A stretch of 63,953 nt of DNA, the filler included, from an uncultured bacterium (lineage in GTDB: Bacteria > CAZSTA01): assembly GCA_964609495.1 (NCBI GenBank). It is 6 parts of 6 records of this genome, joined end to end, with 100 filler letters (N's around TTAATTAATTAA, not from the genome) between each part and the next. Parts side by side here need not be neighbours in the genome. Positions count along the whole stretch, not along the records: positions 12,108 to 24,063 come from CAZSTA010000106.1; positions 24,164 to 35,929 come from CAZSTA010000108.1; 4 more parts are not named here. One strand, 5' to 3'. This document shows, piece after piece, positions 19,912 to 30,798 of the stretch. Each line of letters starts with the position of its first letter. Within the stretch, counting starts at the first letter, position 1. The notes under the pieces are model-generated. The model was given only the letters and a program-made list of their open reading frames with translations, was not told where the DNA came from and ran no database searches. A program made the position numbers and the translations under genes.

Positions 19912-22900
19912 ATGATGCCACTAGAAGATTTTGATAGGATAAAGGTCGGTTTAGCCTCGCCAGAGACGATACTGGGATGGTCCTACGGAGAGGTGAAGAA
20001 GCCGGAGACCATTAACTATCGAACCCTGAAGCCCGAGAGGGATGGATTATTTTGTGAGAAGATCTTCGGACCGGTTAAGGATTGGGAGTGTCATTGTGGT
20101 AAATACAAGAGAGTTCGGTATAAGGGGCTGATCTGTGATCGTTGCGGGGTCGAGATTACTCGCAGTTCGGTGCGAAGGCGACGTTTGGGACATATCGAGT
20201 TGGTCTCCCCAGTTTCACATATCTGGTATTTCAGGGGGACGCCCTCTCGCATCGGTTTGATGTTGAATATATCCATGCATAATCTGGAGAAGGTGCTTTA
20301 TTATGCCTCCTATATAGTTGTGGATCCAGGGGATACGGTGTTGGGCCCAGAGCCGTTGGAGAAAGGTCAGTTGTTATCGGAGGCTAAATACAGGGAATAT
20401 TCGATGGGTTTTAGGAAGAGCTACTCCCTAGCGGAGGGTTGTGAGGTAGCGGTTGAGGATAACGAGAGAGTAGCCGTCGGGGAGGTGATAGCTCGGGATA
20501 AGAACTCTCGCCCGATAATCTCGGAGTTAGAGGGAGTCGTGGAATATGGGAATCCTCGTGAGATGGAGATCGTCTTCGAGGAGGTGGTGGAACATAGCTA
20601 TGTTGTCCCCAGCGATACGAAACTTAGGGTGGAGGAATCCTCAGAGGTCTTCCCCGGAGATATCTTGACGGATAAGGTGATGAGTCCTGCGGTAGTAGCC
20701 GCCCTCTCAGGGGTCGTCGAGATCGATAACTCTGGCGATCTGCGCCGAGTTACGATAAGTGGCGATGATGGGCGCGAGGTCTCTGATACGATCCCTGAGG
20801 GAGTGCATCTCAGGGTTAAGGAGGGGGAGAGGGTTACGGTGGGAGATCCCTTGACGAGTCGATATAGTCAACCTCCTCTGGTGGCAGATAGGGCCGGGGT
20901 GGTTAAGATATCACCTCTGGGAGGGGATCAATTGGAGATAATCATCGAAGAGAAGCGGACTGAGAAAACGACCTATAAGATCCCTGCTACTATGGATATG
21001 CTCGTTAAAAATGAGAGTCGAGTCGATGCGGGAGAGATAATTGCGACTGATCTGACTGGCGAGGAGGAGTTAATAGCTGAACATGGGGGGATAGTCTATT
21101 ATAGGCTGCCTCGTGAGTTAGTGGTGTCGAGGGGGGGTCTCTATTCGATCCCACCTGAATTTGAGATAATAGTTGAGGACGGGGAGCGAGTGAAAGCGGG
21201 AGAGATGATCGCTTCCGCTGGCGAGGAGAGTGTCAGAAGCGAGATCTGTGGCCTAGTCGAGGTGAATGAGACCCATCACCAGGTAAAGATAAAGGAGTGC
21301 TACGAATTCAAAGCTGGTATGGGAGCCTCTGCTATCCGAGAGCTCTTAGCTGAGATAGATGTTGAACGGCTGGTGGAGGAGCTAAAACATGAGGTGCGAA
21401 CCTCCACCTCCAAACAGAAGAGAGCTAAAGCGGTCAAGAGACTTGAGACTGCCCAGGCTTTTCTTACCTCGGGGAATAGACCCGAATGGATGATCCTCTC
21501 AGTATTACCAGTTGTTCCCCCCGATCTGAGACCAATGGTTCAACTGGATGGAGGGCGATTCGCCACCTCCGATCTCAATGATCTATATCGGCGAGTTATT
21601 AATCGTAACAACCGTTTGAAGAGATTATTGGACTTAGATGCTCCTGATATCATTATCCGCAATGAGAAGCGTATGCTTCAAGAGGCGGTCGATGCCCTCT
21701 TAGCTAATGAGAGGAGAGGCAATATAGTCACCAAGGTCAGGAATCGTCCGTTGAAATCCCTCTCCGACATATTGATCGGAAAACAGGGACGCTTCCGCCA
21801 AAACCTCCTAGGTAAGAGAGTCGATTACTCAGGTCGCTCGGTCATCGTGGTAGGACCAAACCTCAAGCTTAATCAGTGCGGATTACCCAAGAGGATAGCT
21901 CTGGAGCTATTTAAGCCCTTTGTGATGAAGAAATTGGTCGAGCTTGGCAAAGCTCACAACATAAAGAGCGCCAAGAAGTTAGTAGAAAGGGCAAGTGATA
22001 GACGAGGAGAAGAAGTGTGGGGTGTATTAGAAGAGGTCATAAGAGAACATCCAGTTCTTCTAAATCGTGCTCCAACACTTCACCGTTTAGGGATACAGGC
22101 CTTTGAACCAGTCCTCGTGGAGGGCAATGCTATCCAAATTCATCCCTTGGTGTGCGAGGCTTTCAACGCCGACTTCGATGGAGACCAGATGGCGGTCCAT
22201 GTCCCCCTTTCCCTCTTCGCTCAAGCTGAGGCTCGGATCTTAATGGCCTCCAGATACAACATCCTCTCGCCCCAAAACGGTCACCCCATCACCCGCCCCA
22301 CCCTCGATATGGTTTTAGGGTGTTATTACCTAACTAAAGAGAAGGATGGCTGTAAAGGGGAAGGAATGATCTTCATAAATCCCGAAGAAGTGCTTATGGT
22401 TTATCAAAACCCCACCTGTGACATAGAATTGCACGCCAAGATCAAAGTTAGGATCGAGGGAGAGATGATCATAACGACCGTAGGGCGAGTAATCTTCAAC
22501 TCCGAGTTACCAAGGGAGCTCCGATCCTATGGAGAGGTCTTCGATAAAGATCGCCTGAGAAAACTTGTGGGAGATGCCTACCGCCTACTAGGAAACGAAG
22601 CGACCGCCGAATTGCTCGACGAACTAAAGACCCTGGGATACCACTACGCAACAAAATCCGGCGCCACCATTGCCATCTCCGACGTCGAGATCCCCTCGCG
22701 CAAGGACGAGATCCTAGCCGAGACCGATAAAGAGGTCGAGAAGATTGAAGAACAATATAGACGCGGCTTAATGACCGCTGATGAGCGATATCGCAAGATC
22801 GTAGAGCTATGGAATAGCGCCCGAGAGGATGTAACTGAGGCGGTTCTAGAGAACCTAGACGAGTTCAACCCGGTCTATATGATGGCTACCTCGGGAGCCA

Positions 22901-24063
22901 AGGGAAATATTCAACAGATCAGCCAGATGGCAGGAATGAGAGGACTAATGGCCAATCCCTCGGGAAGGATCATTGAGATCCCTATCCGAGCCAACTTCCG
23001 AGAAGGATTAACAGTCCTGGAATACTTCATCTCCACGCATGGAACAAGAAAAGGATTAGCTGATACTGCTATTCGCACCGCAGACGCTGGATATCTAACC
23101 CGGAGGCTAGTCGATGTAGCCCAAGACATAATAGTCACCAACTACGACTGTGGAACTACGACTGGCTTCACCATCAGCGCTATCAAGAAGGGCGATGAGA
23201 CCGTAGAGCCGTTGAGTGAGAGAATCCCCGGTCGAGTGAGCTTAGAGGATATTATTCATCCCGAAACAAAGGAGCTCCTCGTTGCTCGTAACGAGATGAT
23301 CGATGAGGAGAAAGCAAAGCTTATAGAGGAAGCTGGGATCGAGGAGGTCAAGATCCGCAGTGTGCTTACCTGTCAGAATCGTCGTGGAGTATGTGTTCTC
23401 TGCTACGGTCGAAATCTAGCAACTGGACGTATGGTCGAGATCGGAGAAGCAGTCGGGGTAATTGCCGCCCAATCGATCGGAGAGCCAGGGACCCAGTTGA
23501 CCCTTAGAACCTTCCATACCGGAGGAGTCGCGGGAGAGGATATCACCCAGGGACTGCCCCGAGTGGAGGAGCTCTTCGAAGCGCGAAAGCCAAAGGGACA
23601 AGCCATAATAAGCGAGATCAGCGGCCTAGTTTCGCTTCAAGACCTGCCCCAAGGGAAGAGAAAGATAACCATCACGGGAAAGGATGGAGAGGAGAAGACC
23701 TATACAATCCCCCATGGACAAAGATTAAGAGTCCGTCAGGGAGAATACGTCGAGGCTGGCCTCCCACTTATCACTGGCAGTATCAACCCTCATGACATCC
23801 TTCGGATCAAAGGCTTTCAGGATGTCCAACGCTACCTCGTCAACGAAGTCCAAGCGGTATACAAATCCCAAGGAGTCGATATCAACGATAAACATATCGA
23901 GGTAATCGTCCGCCAGATGCTACGGCGAGTTAAGATAAAGAATACCGGCGACACCTCCTTCCTGCCTGGAAAGATAGTCGATCGTTTCGATTTCGAGGCG
24001 GAGAACAACAAAGTGATCGCTCAAGGAGGAGAGCCAGCCATTGGACAACCCCTCCTGATGGGA
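19912..24063 (+). CDS. rpoC: DNA-directed RNA polymerase subunit beta' (3'-truncated at contig end)
   Basis: KPETINYRT, Zn finger CHC...CDRC, catalytic [16 protein letters not shown]; ~296-aa N-terminal insertion. Confidence 0.99.
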
Positions 24064-24163
24064 NNNNNNNNNNNNNNNNNNNNNNNNNNNNNNNNNNNNN
24101 NNNNNNNTTAATTAATTAANNNNNNNNNNNNNNNNNNNNNNNNNNNNNNNNNNNNNNNNNNNN
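24064..24163. other. Artificial contig linker
   Basis: N-run with TTAATTAATTAA. Confidence 0.99.
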
Positions 24164-24382
24164 CCAGGAGAGGCACTTAAAGGATGGGAAAGTAAGTATG
24201 ATCACCAGGAATAAGGTTAATTTGACTTTATTAAGATCGTTTATCAAAGTATAACACCACCTATCGAGAATAAGTAACCGTCATTATGCTAACATCCTGA
24301 TAGAGAGAGCTTGATTCTCATTTTCAGATAGATAGGCGTCGGAGTTGTTAATCCGACGCCTTAAAAATTATTATTTTTCTTA

Positions 24383-24808
24383 CTACATTTCCGGGGGAGG
24401 TCCCATAGGAGGTCCACCCAATTGCATCAGAATCGGTCCCAGTACCTTAAGAAATTCAGCTATTGCTGCTCCAGGACCTATGCCAGTGACGGGAATCACA
24501 TCAACTTTCCCCTCACGTATTACTGCCACCGCTATGGGGGTTATACCCCCACCACCGCCTCCTCCGCCAGCAAATTCATAACCAGTATCTGCTCCTCCAA
24601 CTCCAAAGCCAAAGTTTACCTCGGCGATGGGTACGATTACTACTCCTTCTCCGTAAATAGGTTCACCAAAGACAGTTTTCGAATTAAGTATCTCTTTCAA
24701 GGTTTCGGTGATACTAGCTACAGTTGAGGAGTTATCTGCAAATGCTGGCAAGCATATACTAGTTGTGAAAATAAGCGCAAATACCGCAATTATCAATTTA
24801 CTTTTCAT
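24383..24808 (-). CDS. GerW/YtfJ family protein with signal peptide
   Basis: TVFGEPI, IVPIAEVNFGFGVGG, GGGGGGG-ITPIAV; N-terminal AFA cleavage motif. Confidence 0.85.
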   Translation of the reverse strand: MKSKLIIAVFALIFTTSICLPAFADNSSTVASITETLKEILNSKTVFGEPIYGEGVVIVPIAEVNFGFGVGGADTGYEFAGGGGGGGGITPIAVAVIREGKVDVIPVTGIGPGAAIAEFLKVLGPILMQLGGPPMGPPPEM

Positions 24809-24879
24809 TCCGATTATCCCTCCTCCTTTTTAATCTTGATGTTGATCTCCTATTTCTTGTTCACCCAGCTTATTAGAGA

Positions 24880-25311
24880 CTAATAACCACCCATTTCACC
24901 GCCACCCATAAGCATCTGGGGAAGCATTGGGCCCACGTTCTTTAGGAGTTCTGTCAATGCTTCTATTATATAGACGAAGTCCCCCTTACCAGTGACAGGT
25001 ATTACCTCTGTCTTTTCCTTGGATACCGCGATTACGGCTATTGGGAAAACTCCACCTCCTCCGCCTCCCATGCCAACCATTGGTGCAGGCTCATTCACTC
25101 CGAAGCCAAAGCCTGTTACACAAACAGGGATCATTGTTATCCCTTCATAGGTGACCGGTTCCCCGAAGACGGTATTTACATTTAAGATTTCCTTCAAAGC
25201 CTTAGTGAGATCCTCTATAGAGCTTGACATTCCCTCTTGAGCCATCGCTGATACAGTTGCTAGTAATAGAGTGATTACTAGGAAGGATGCTAGTATTAAC
25301 TTGCTTTTCAT
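24880..25311 (-). CDS. GerW/YtfJ family protein with signal peptide (tandem paralog)
   Basis: TVFGEPV, MIPV..GFGFG, GGGGGGVFPIAV; AMA cleavage motif. Confidence 0.85.
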   Translation of the reverse strand: MKSKLILASFLVITLLLATVSAMAQEGMSSSIEDLTKALKEILNVNTVFGEPVTYEGITMIPVCVTGFGFGVNEPAPMVGMGGGGGGVFPIAVIAVSKEKTEVIPVTGKGDFVYIIEALTELLKNVGPMLPQMLMGGGEMGGY

Positions 25312-25362
25312 TTAAACACCTCCTCACTCTCCTATTTTAGTTAGTAAAAGTTGCTACTGTTA

Positions 25363-25391
25363 ATTATACATTAAAGTTCGTCAATTGTCAA
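25363..25391 (-). promoter_or_regulatory. sigma70 promoter for the YtfJ pair
   Basis: TTGACA-17-TATAAT on the minus strand. Confidence 0.75.
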
Positions 25392-25548
25392 TTTATTTAT
25401 CCCTAAAAATCGGAAAATAACGTCTCTTTTCACTTCGTCCACTTTCCAATTGCCGTTAGATATTGTAATTGCTAGGGAAGAAATTATCAGATTCGGTTAC
25501 TCTATATCGTCCGGGCTACACCCCTCCCTCGCTGAAACTTTCCATCTG

Positions 25549-25577
25549 TTGACACTATGTTCTATTTCTGATATAAT
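25549..25577 (+). promoter_or_regulatory. sigma70 promoter for the MATE-like gene
   Basis: TTGACA-17-TATAAT with TG extended -10. Confidence 0.75.
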
Positions 25578-25609
25578 GATACACATAGCTATATAGAAAA
25601 GAGGGAAAT

Positions 25610-26932
25610 ATGCCATCCTCCAAATTAACCTATGGTGAGATCCTACGTTTCTATTATCCTCTGGCTCTGACCGGGATGCTAGTGACAGCTTCCCAGCCGA
25701 TAATTAACGCAGGAATAGCTAGAATGCCCAACCCTGAGATATCTTTAGCTGCCTACTCGGTAGCATTTGGGGTTTTAATAATGTTCCAAGCCCCGATACT
25801 TATGTTTCTCCAACTCTCGGTCGTGTTTGCAAGGGATGATCGCTCCTTCCGTATGGTTCGCAATTTCGTTCTTATTCTGGCATCGATTATAGTGGGGTTG
25901 ATTTGCTTAATAGCCTATACTCCTTTAAATAACATCGTTTTCTCCAAAATTATGGATGTCCCTCCCGATGTACTGAAACCCTCTATTCGTGCCTTTCAGA
26001 TAATGGTATTTTTACCTTTTGTGTTCTCTTGGCGTTTTTTACATCAAGGGGTGATTATTCGCTATGGGAGAAATATTTTGATGACTTTAGCAACGACTGT
26101 TAGAGTTATAATTTGTGCAGGGATTATCTTAATTGGGGGAAGATATTTGAAAGTTGAGGGGGCTTTCCTAGGGGCTTGCTCTTTCGTAGTAGGAGCGATT
26201 GCCGAATCTTCTATAGTTTATATATCAGCCCTCCCCAGTATACGTGATCGGGTAAGATATAAACCTCAGCACAAAGATAATTTGACTTATGTTGATATAA
26301 CCAGCTTCTATCTGCCTCTAGTTTTGACACTATTGATGTTGAATGTTACTAATCCGGCTATAAATGCTAGCATTGCCCGAGTAGCTCAGCCAAAGCTATC
26401 GCTTGCCGGATATGGAGTTGCTATTAGTATAATCTTTATATTGATGAGTCCTGCGAGAATGCTTCAACAGGTAGTACTAACTATGATCCGGGATAAGGAA
26501 TCCTATCTTAAAGTCCTTCGTTTTGTCCTATTAGTAGGAGGAATCTTCTCCACCATCTTAGCCATCATCAGCTTTAGTCCTTTGATATCTATCCTTCTCT
26601 CCAAAGTTATGGGGGTGGGAAATGAGATAGAGGAATTCGCTAAATTGGGAGTTCGCTTTATGATCTTGATTCCTTTGATAACCTCTGGTGCTATCTTTTT
26701 CCAGGGGATATTGCTCAAAAGAGAGAGGACAAAGCCTATTAGAACTGCTGTGTTTGTGAGGATGTTATCTCTAATAATCATCCTTCTTCTGGGGGTTTGG
26801 TATGGGCGAATAAACGGGGTGTTATTAGGAGCAGGAGTATTCACTATAACGATGTTAATAGAAGCCTCTATGCTTTGGATAGGAGCTAGAGGATTGATCA
26901 GTAGGCAATTTAGAGGAGAAACGAGCTTTTAG
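25610..26932 (+). CDS. MATE/MOP superfamily transporter (ANKH-like)
   Basis: About 12 TM helices in two homologous halves (FYxPLxL...PxINAxIAR...SLAxY repeated). Confidence 0.75.
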   Translation: MPSSKLTYGEILRFYYPLALTGMLVTASQPIINAGIARMPNPEISLAAYSVAFGVLIMFQAPILMFLQLSVVFARDDRSFRMVRNFVLILASIIVGLICLIAYTPLNNIVFSKIMDVPPDVLKPSIRAFQIMVFLPFVFSWRFLHQGVIIRYGRNILMTLATTVRVIICAGIILIGGRYLKVEGAFLGACSFVVGAIAESSIVYISALPSIRDRVRYKPQHKDNLTYVDITSFYLPLVLTLLMLNVTNPAINASIARVAQPKLSLAGYGVAISIIFILMSPARMLQQVVLTMIRDKESYLKVLRFVLLVGGIFSTILAIISFSPLISILLSKVMGVGNEIEEFAKLGVRFMILIPLITSGAIFFQGILLKRERTKPIRTAVFVRMLSLIIILLLGVWYGRINGVLLGAGVFTITMLIEASMLWIGARGLISRQFRGETSF

Positions 26933-27006
26933 AAGATGGAAGAGGGCAGATATCTTGAGAACATAGCACTATAGGGAACAGGAGTGGTAGAGCGAAAAGC
27001 GAAATT

Positions 27007-27038
27007 AAGCTCTCGGTTTATCACCGAGAGCTTTTTTA
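27007..27038 (+). terminator. Intrinsic terminator
   Basis: AAGCTCTCGGT-ttatc-ACCGAGAGCTT followed by a T tract. Confidence 0.85.
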
Positions 27039-27183
27039 TAGCAAAATCCTTGAAAGTATGTTATAATATTAATGGGATATAAACAAAATCTTCGTCCAAC
27101 TTTAACCGGGACCATAAGTTTGATTCCGGTATTGTAGGACATGACTCATCAATTCTCAAATGAAAATAAGGAGGGTTATACTT

Positions 27184-28431
27184 ATGAGAAGAGCAATATT
27201 TATCACAATGCTAGCTTTGCTATTGGTATTAACTGCAACGTTCTCGGCTTCAGCCCAAACTAAGATCACCTTTTCCACCTGGGAAGGCCCTGATGCGGAG
27301 TGGGAGAAGACCATCTCGGAGTTTGAGGGGGAAAATCCAGATATCAAAGTCGAGTTGATCCGAGTCCCCGATCAATATGAGCAGAAGTTGCTCACGATGA
27401 TCGCGGGAAAAACCGCTCCTGATGTTATGCATGTCTTTGAGGTCACTACTCCAATCCTCGCGGCTAGAGGTAATTTAGTGAATCTAGACTCACTTGCAGA
27501 GAAGGATAAGGCCTTCGACTTAGATGATTTCTATCCTTCAACGTTGGTTCTAGGGAGATATGAGGGTAGTTTATATGGGCTTGGATATGCCTACGCTCCT
27601 CAATTGATGTTTTACAACAATGATCTTTTCTCTGATGCGGGATTACCCGATCCTGTGGATGGTTGGACCTGGAGCGATATGCTCTATGCGGCTACCCAGA
27701 TCACTAAGGATACCAATGGCGATGGTAAGATCGACAATTGGGGATTCTCATCGCTGACCTCTTGGTGGGTTCCTAGCATGATAGTCATCTGGCAGAACAG
27801 TGGGGATATGTTCAATGAGGATAAGACAGAGACTCTGCTGAATACTCCCGCGGATGTTCAAGCGATCCAATTCTTCGCCGATCTCATCCATAGATACAAG
27901 GTCGCTCCCCCTTTAACTGAGCAAGCAGGATGGGGCGGAAGCGTGTTTGAGACTGGCAGGATCGGGATGATGGCCACTGGTATATGGATGCAGGTGCCAT
28001 ATCAAAACGTGAAGTTCGAGTGGGATATCGTAGCCCTGCCGATGAATAAGGAGAAGGCCACCGCTCTCCACACCTCTTACTTCACGATCTCCTCTCAGTC
28101 CAAGAATCAAGAGGCCGCCTGGGAGTTCCTCAAATATGTCACTGGCTCCAAAGTGCAATTCGAGAAGAACAAGAATTTGGGCTATGTGCCTACGAGGGCT
28201 TCAGCGGACGAGAGGCGACCTTATGTCGATCCCACCAAGCCACCGGAGAACGATATCGCTATCGGACAGACGGTCGAATATGGAAGGTTGCTCCCCACTG
28301 CGCTGAATATGAACAGGATACTCAACCTCTTCGAGACCGAGCTTGATCTCATCTATCTGGGTAAGAAGACCGCTCAAGAGGCTTTCGATAAGATCGCTCC
28401 CGAGATAAACGAATTGCTGAAACAAGAATGA
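27184..28431 (+). CDS. Carbohydrate ABC transporter (CUT1) substrate-binding protein
   Basis: Signal peptide ending ASA; KLLTMIAGKTAPDV; MFYNNDLF; AAWEFLKY; start placed after RBS AGGAGG. Confidence 0.92.
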   Translation: MRRAIFITMLALLLVLTATFSASAQTKITFSTWEGPDAEWEKTISEFEGENPDIKVELIRVPDQYEQKLLTMIAGKTAPDVMHVFEVTTPILAARGNLVNLDSLAEKDKAFDLDDFYPSTLVLGRYEGSLYGLGYAYAPQLMFYNNDLFSDAGLPDPVDGWTWSDMLYAATQITKDTNGDGKIDNWGFSSLTSWWVPSMIVIWQNSGDMFNEDKTETLLNTPADVQAIQFFADLIHRYKVAPPLTEQAGWGGSVFETGRIGMMATGIWMQVPYQNVKFEWDIVALPMNKEKATALHTSYFTISSQSKNQEAAWEFLKYVTGSKVQFEKNKNLGYVPTRASADERRPYVDPTKPPENDIAIGQTVEYGRLLPTALNMNRILNLFETELDLIYLGKKTAQEAFDKIAPEINELLKQE

Positions 28432-28586
28432 TCGTAGTAATGGAATAAAGAGCAGGTTAAGACTGTCAAGAATTTCAGCCCTCTAACTTCTGGAGGGGGA
28501 GGAATCCTTCCCTCTATCCTTCCTATATTATTTGAGGGGAGCTCTTGGCAGTCTAATTTTTTATAGCTAGGAGAAGAGATGTCAAG

Positions 28587-29510
28587 ATGTCCAATATCAC
28601 CGCAACTAGGAGATCGAGCAAATTAGCAAGGAGGGAGGCTATCGAAGGATATCTTTTCATATCCCCTTGGATATTCGGATTTTTGGTTTTCATCGCGGGA
28701 CCGTTGATCGCCTCCATTCTTCTTAGCTTCAGCAGGTGGGATATAGTTACTCCCTCTAAACTTATAGGGATCAAGAACTATGGGGAATTGTTCACCAAAG
28801 ACGAGCTTTTTCGACAATCCCTCAAGGTCACAATTATATATACAGTATTTAGCGTTCCGTTGAGATTAGCTTTCGCCCTATTCGTAGCGGTATTTTTGAA
28901 CAGAAAGATAAGAGCCCTCTCTTACTTCAGAACGGTAATCTATATGCCAGAGGTGGTATCGGGGGTAGCCCTAGCTATTATGTGGCTGTGGATATTTAAT
29001 CCGGAGTTCGGGGTGCTGAATTCCCTCTTATCCAAGATCGGTATTCAAGGTCCGGCTTGGATATTCAGTATCACTTGGGCTTTGCCCTCCTTCATCCTTA
29101 TGAGCATATGGAAGATCGGGGGTACTATGGTGATCTATCTAGCTGGATTGCAGGGGATTCCCACTCAGCTCTATGAAGCCGCGGAGATCGACGGGGCAAA
29201 CGAATGGCATAAGTTCTGGAAGGTTACTCTACCTATGCTCTCGCCAGTTATATTCTTCACGCTGATCATAAATATGATCGGTAGCTTTCAGATATTCGCC
29301 GAATCATTCGTTATGACTAAGGGAGGCCCTGGTAATGCCACTCTATTCTATGTCCTCTATCTTTACCGAAACGCTTTCGAATATTTCCGAATGGGTTATG
29401 CCTCAGCTTTGGCTTGGATATTATTCCTAGTTATTTTGGTCTTCACTCTTTTGATATTCAGATCCTCTGCCTGGTGGGTATATTATGAGGCGGAAACGAA
29501 GGGGCGATGA
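28587..29510 (+). CDS. Carbohydrate ABC permease (MalF/UgpA-like)
   Basis: YLAGLQGIPTQLYEAAEIDGA EAA loop; MGYASALAW. Confidence 0.95.
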   Translation: MSNITATRRSSKLARREAIEGYLFISPWIFGFLVFIAGPLIASILLSFSRWDIVTPSKLIGIKNYGELFTKDELFRQSLKVTIIYTVFSVPLRLAFALFVAVFLNRKIRALSYFRTVIYMPEVVSGVALAIMWLWIFNPEFGVLNSLLSKIGIQGPAWIFSITWALPSFILMSIWKIGGTMVIYLAGLQGIPTQLYEAAEIDGANEWHKFWKVTLPMLSPVIFFTLIINMIGSFQIFAESFVMTKGGPGNATLFYVLYLYRNAFEYFRMGYASALAWILFLVILVFTLLIFRSSAWWVYYEAETKGR

Positions 29511-29514
29511 ACTT

Positions 29515-30378
29515 ATGAAGAGAGGATATAGCTGGTGGGCCAGTAAGAGAACGAGAAAATCGGTCGGAGATATAATAGTTTATGCGATATTGATCTTGAT
29601 ATGTATAGCTATGGCTATCCCCTTTTTCTGGATGATCTCCACCTCCCTCAAGGAGAAAGGAGCGATATTTACCTTCCCTCCTCAGTGGATCCCTGATCCT
29701 ATCGTATGGCACAATTTCCCCGAAGCTCTGACGATGTTTCCCTTTCACATCTATTTTAAAAATACTATCTTTCTCACCCTCAGTTGCATATTGGGGACTC
29801 TTCTCTCCAGTTCCCTGGTAGCTTATAGCTTTGCTCGTCTCAGATTTCCCGGACGGAATTTCCTCTTCCTGCTCCTGTTAAGCACGATAATGCTCCCTTA
29901 TCAGGTGACGATGATCCCCACTTATATACTATTCCGATATCTGGGTTGGATAGATACCTTCAAACCCCTCATAGTCCCGGCTTATTTCGGAGGAGCTTTC
30001 AATATATTCCTCCTGCGTCAGTTCTTTCTAACTATACCTTTGGAGTTAGACGATGCCGCTCGGATAGACGGGTGTAACTCCTTTGATGTTTACTGGAGGA
30101 TAAATCTTCCTCTAGCTAAACCTGCGCTATTGACGGTGTCGATATTCGCCTTTATGTTTCACTGGAACGATCTGATGGGGCCTCTGATCTACATAAATTC
30201 GGGGAGTAAGTGGACTCTTTCGCTTGGCTTGGTGGGATTTCGCAACCGTTATTTCGTGCCGGATTGGAACCTACTTATGGCCGCTTCGTTAGCCACTATA
30301 CTCCCCTGCCTAATAGTCTTCTTCTTCGCTCAGAAGTATTTTATCCAAGGAATTGCAACTACTGGATTGAAAGGATAA
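29515..30378 (+). CDS. Carbohydrate ABC permease (MalG/UgpE-like)
   Basis: AYSFARLRFPGR, ELDDAARIDG, FAQKYFIQG. Confidence 0.95.
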   Translation: MKRGYSWWASKRTRKSVGDIIVYAILILICIAMAIPFFWMISTSLKEKGAIFTFPPQWIPDPIVWHNFPEALTMFPFHIYFKNTIFLTLSCILGTLLSSSLVAYSFARLRFPGRNFLFLLLLSTIMLPYQVTMIPTYILFRYLGWIDTFKPLIVPAYFGGAFNIFLLRQFFLTIPLELDDAARIDGCNSFDVYWRINLPLAKPALLTVSIFAFMFHWNDLMGPLIYINSGSKWTLSLGLVGFRNRYFVPDWNLLMAASLATILPCLIVFFFAQKYFIQGIATTGLKG

Positions 30379-30382
30379 AATT

Positions 30383-30616
30383 AGGTAGTTTCAAGAAAGT
30401 TTCAAGCTGTTTTGTCTGAGATGTTCGAGATCAGATTAGATTTTGAACTCATTTTAAATCACCCTCCCCTAACCCCTCCCGTCAAGGGAGGGAGAAACTA
30501 ATCTCCTCAGGAGAGGGACTTAATTATGTTCCCTCTCCCCTTGTGGGAGAGAGAATTATATCTTGAACCCTCTAGCGAAAAACTGATAATAGGAACTTAT
30601 TTCTTTGAAACTGCTT
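30383..30616. mobile_element. Putative MITE family B carrying a REP-like doublet
   Basis: Imperfect terminal repeats AGGTAGTTTCAA/TTGAAACTGCTT flanked by AAATT on both sides; the left ~70 bp recur inverted at 58385-58452. Confidence 0.6.
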
Positions 30617-30621
30617 AAATT

Positions 30622-30676
30622 ACCCTCTCCTCTGAGAGGAGGGGCGGTTAGGAAAGAGGAGAAGAAACATCCAATA
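30622..30676. repeat. Dispersed intergenic repeat (family C)
   Basis: 55 bp identical to 59469-59523; starts with hairpin CCTCTCCTCTGAGAGGAGGGG. Confidence 0.85.
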
Positions 30677-30755
30677 GCCTCCCTAATTTAGCGACTATAT
30701 AAGGAGAGGGATCGAGGGTGAGATCCCCTAAGTCCTCAATTTTATATACATCCTT

Positions 30756-30798
30756 GGCAAATCAATCCCCTAGCCTGAAGACTAAGGGTCTTCAAGCC
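30756..30798. mobile_element. Possible degenerate IS200/IS605-like end palindrome
   Basis: GGCAAATCAATCCCCTAGCCTGAAGACTAAGGGTCTTCAAGCC resembles, from memory, terminal hairpins of that family; imperfect stem. Confidence 0.35.

Noticed and set aside
20413..21300. Intein in RpoC
   Set aside because: No His-Asn splice end or LAGLIDADG motifs; the insert consists of SBHM-like repeats
24164..24247. Possible 5' end of a minus-strand gene (MINDLNKVKLTLFLVII...)
   Set aside because: Only 28 codons before the contig edge; too short to support
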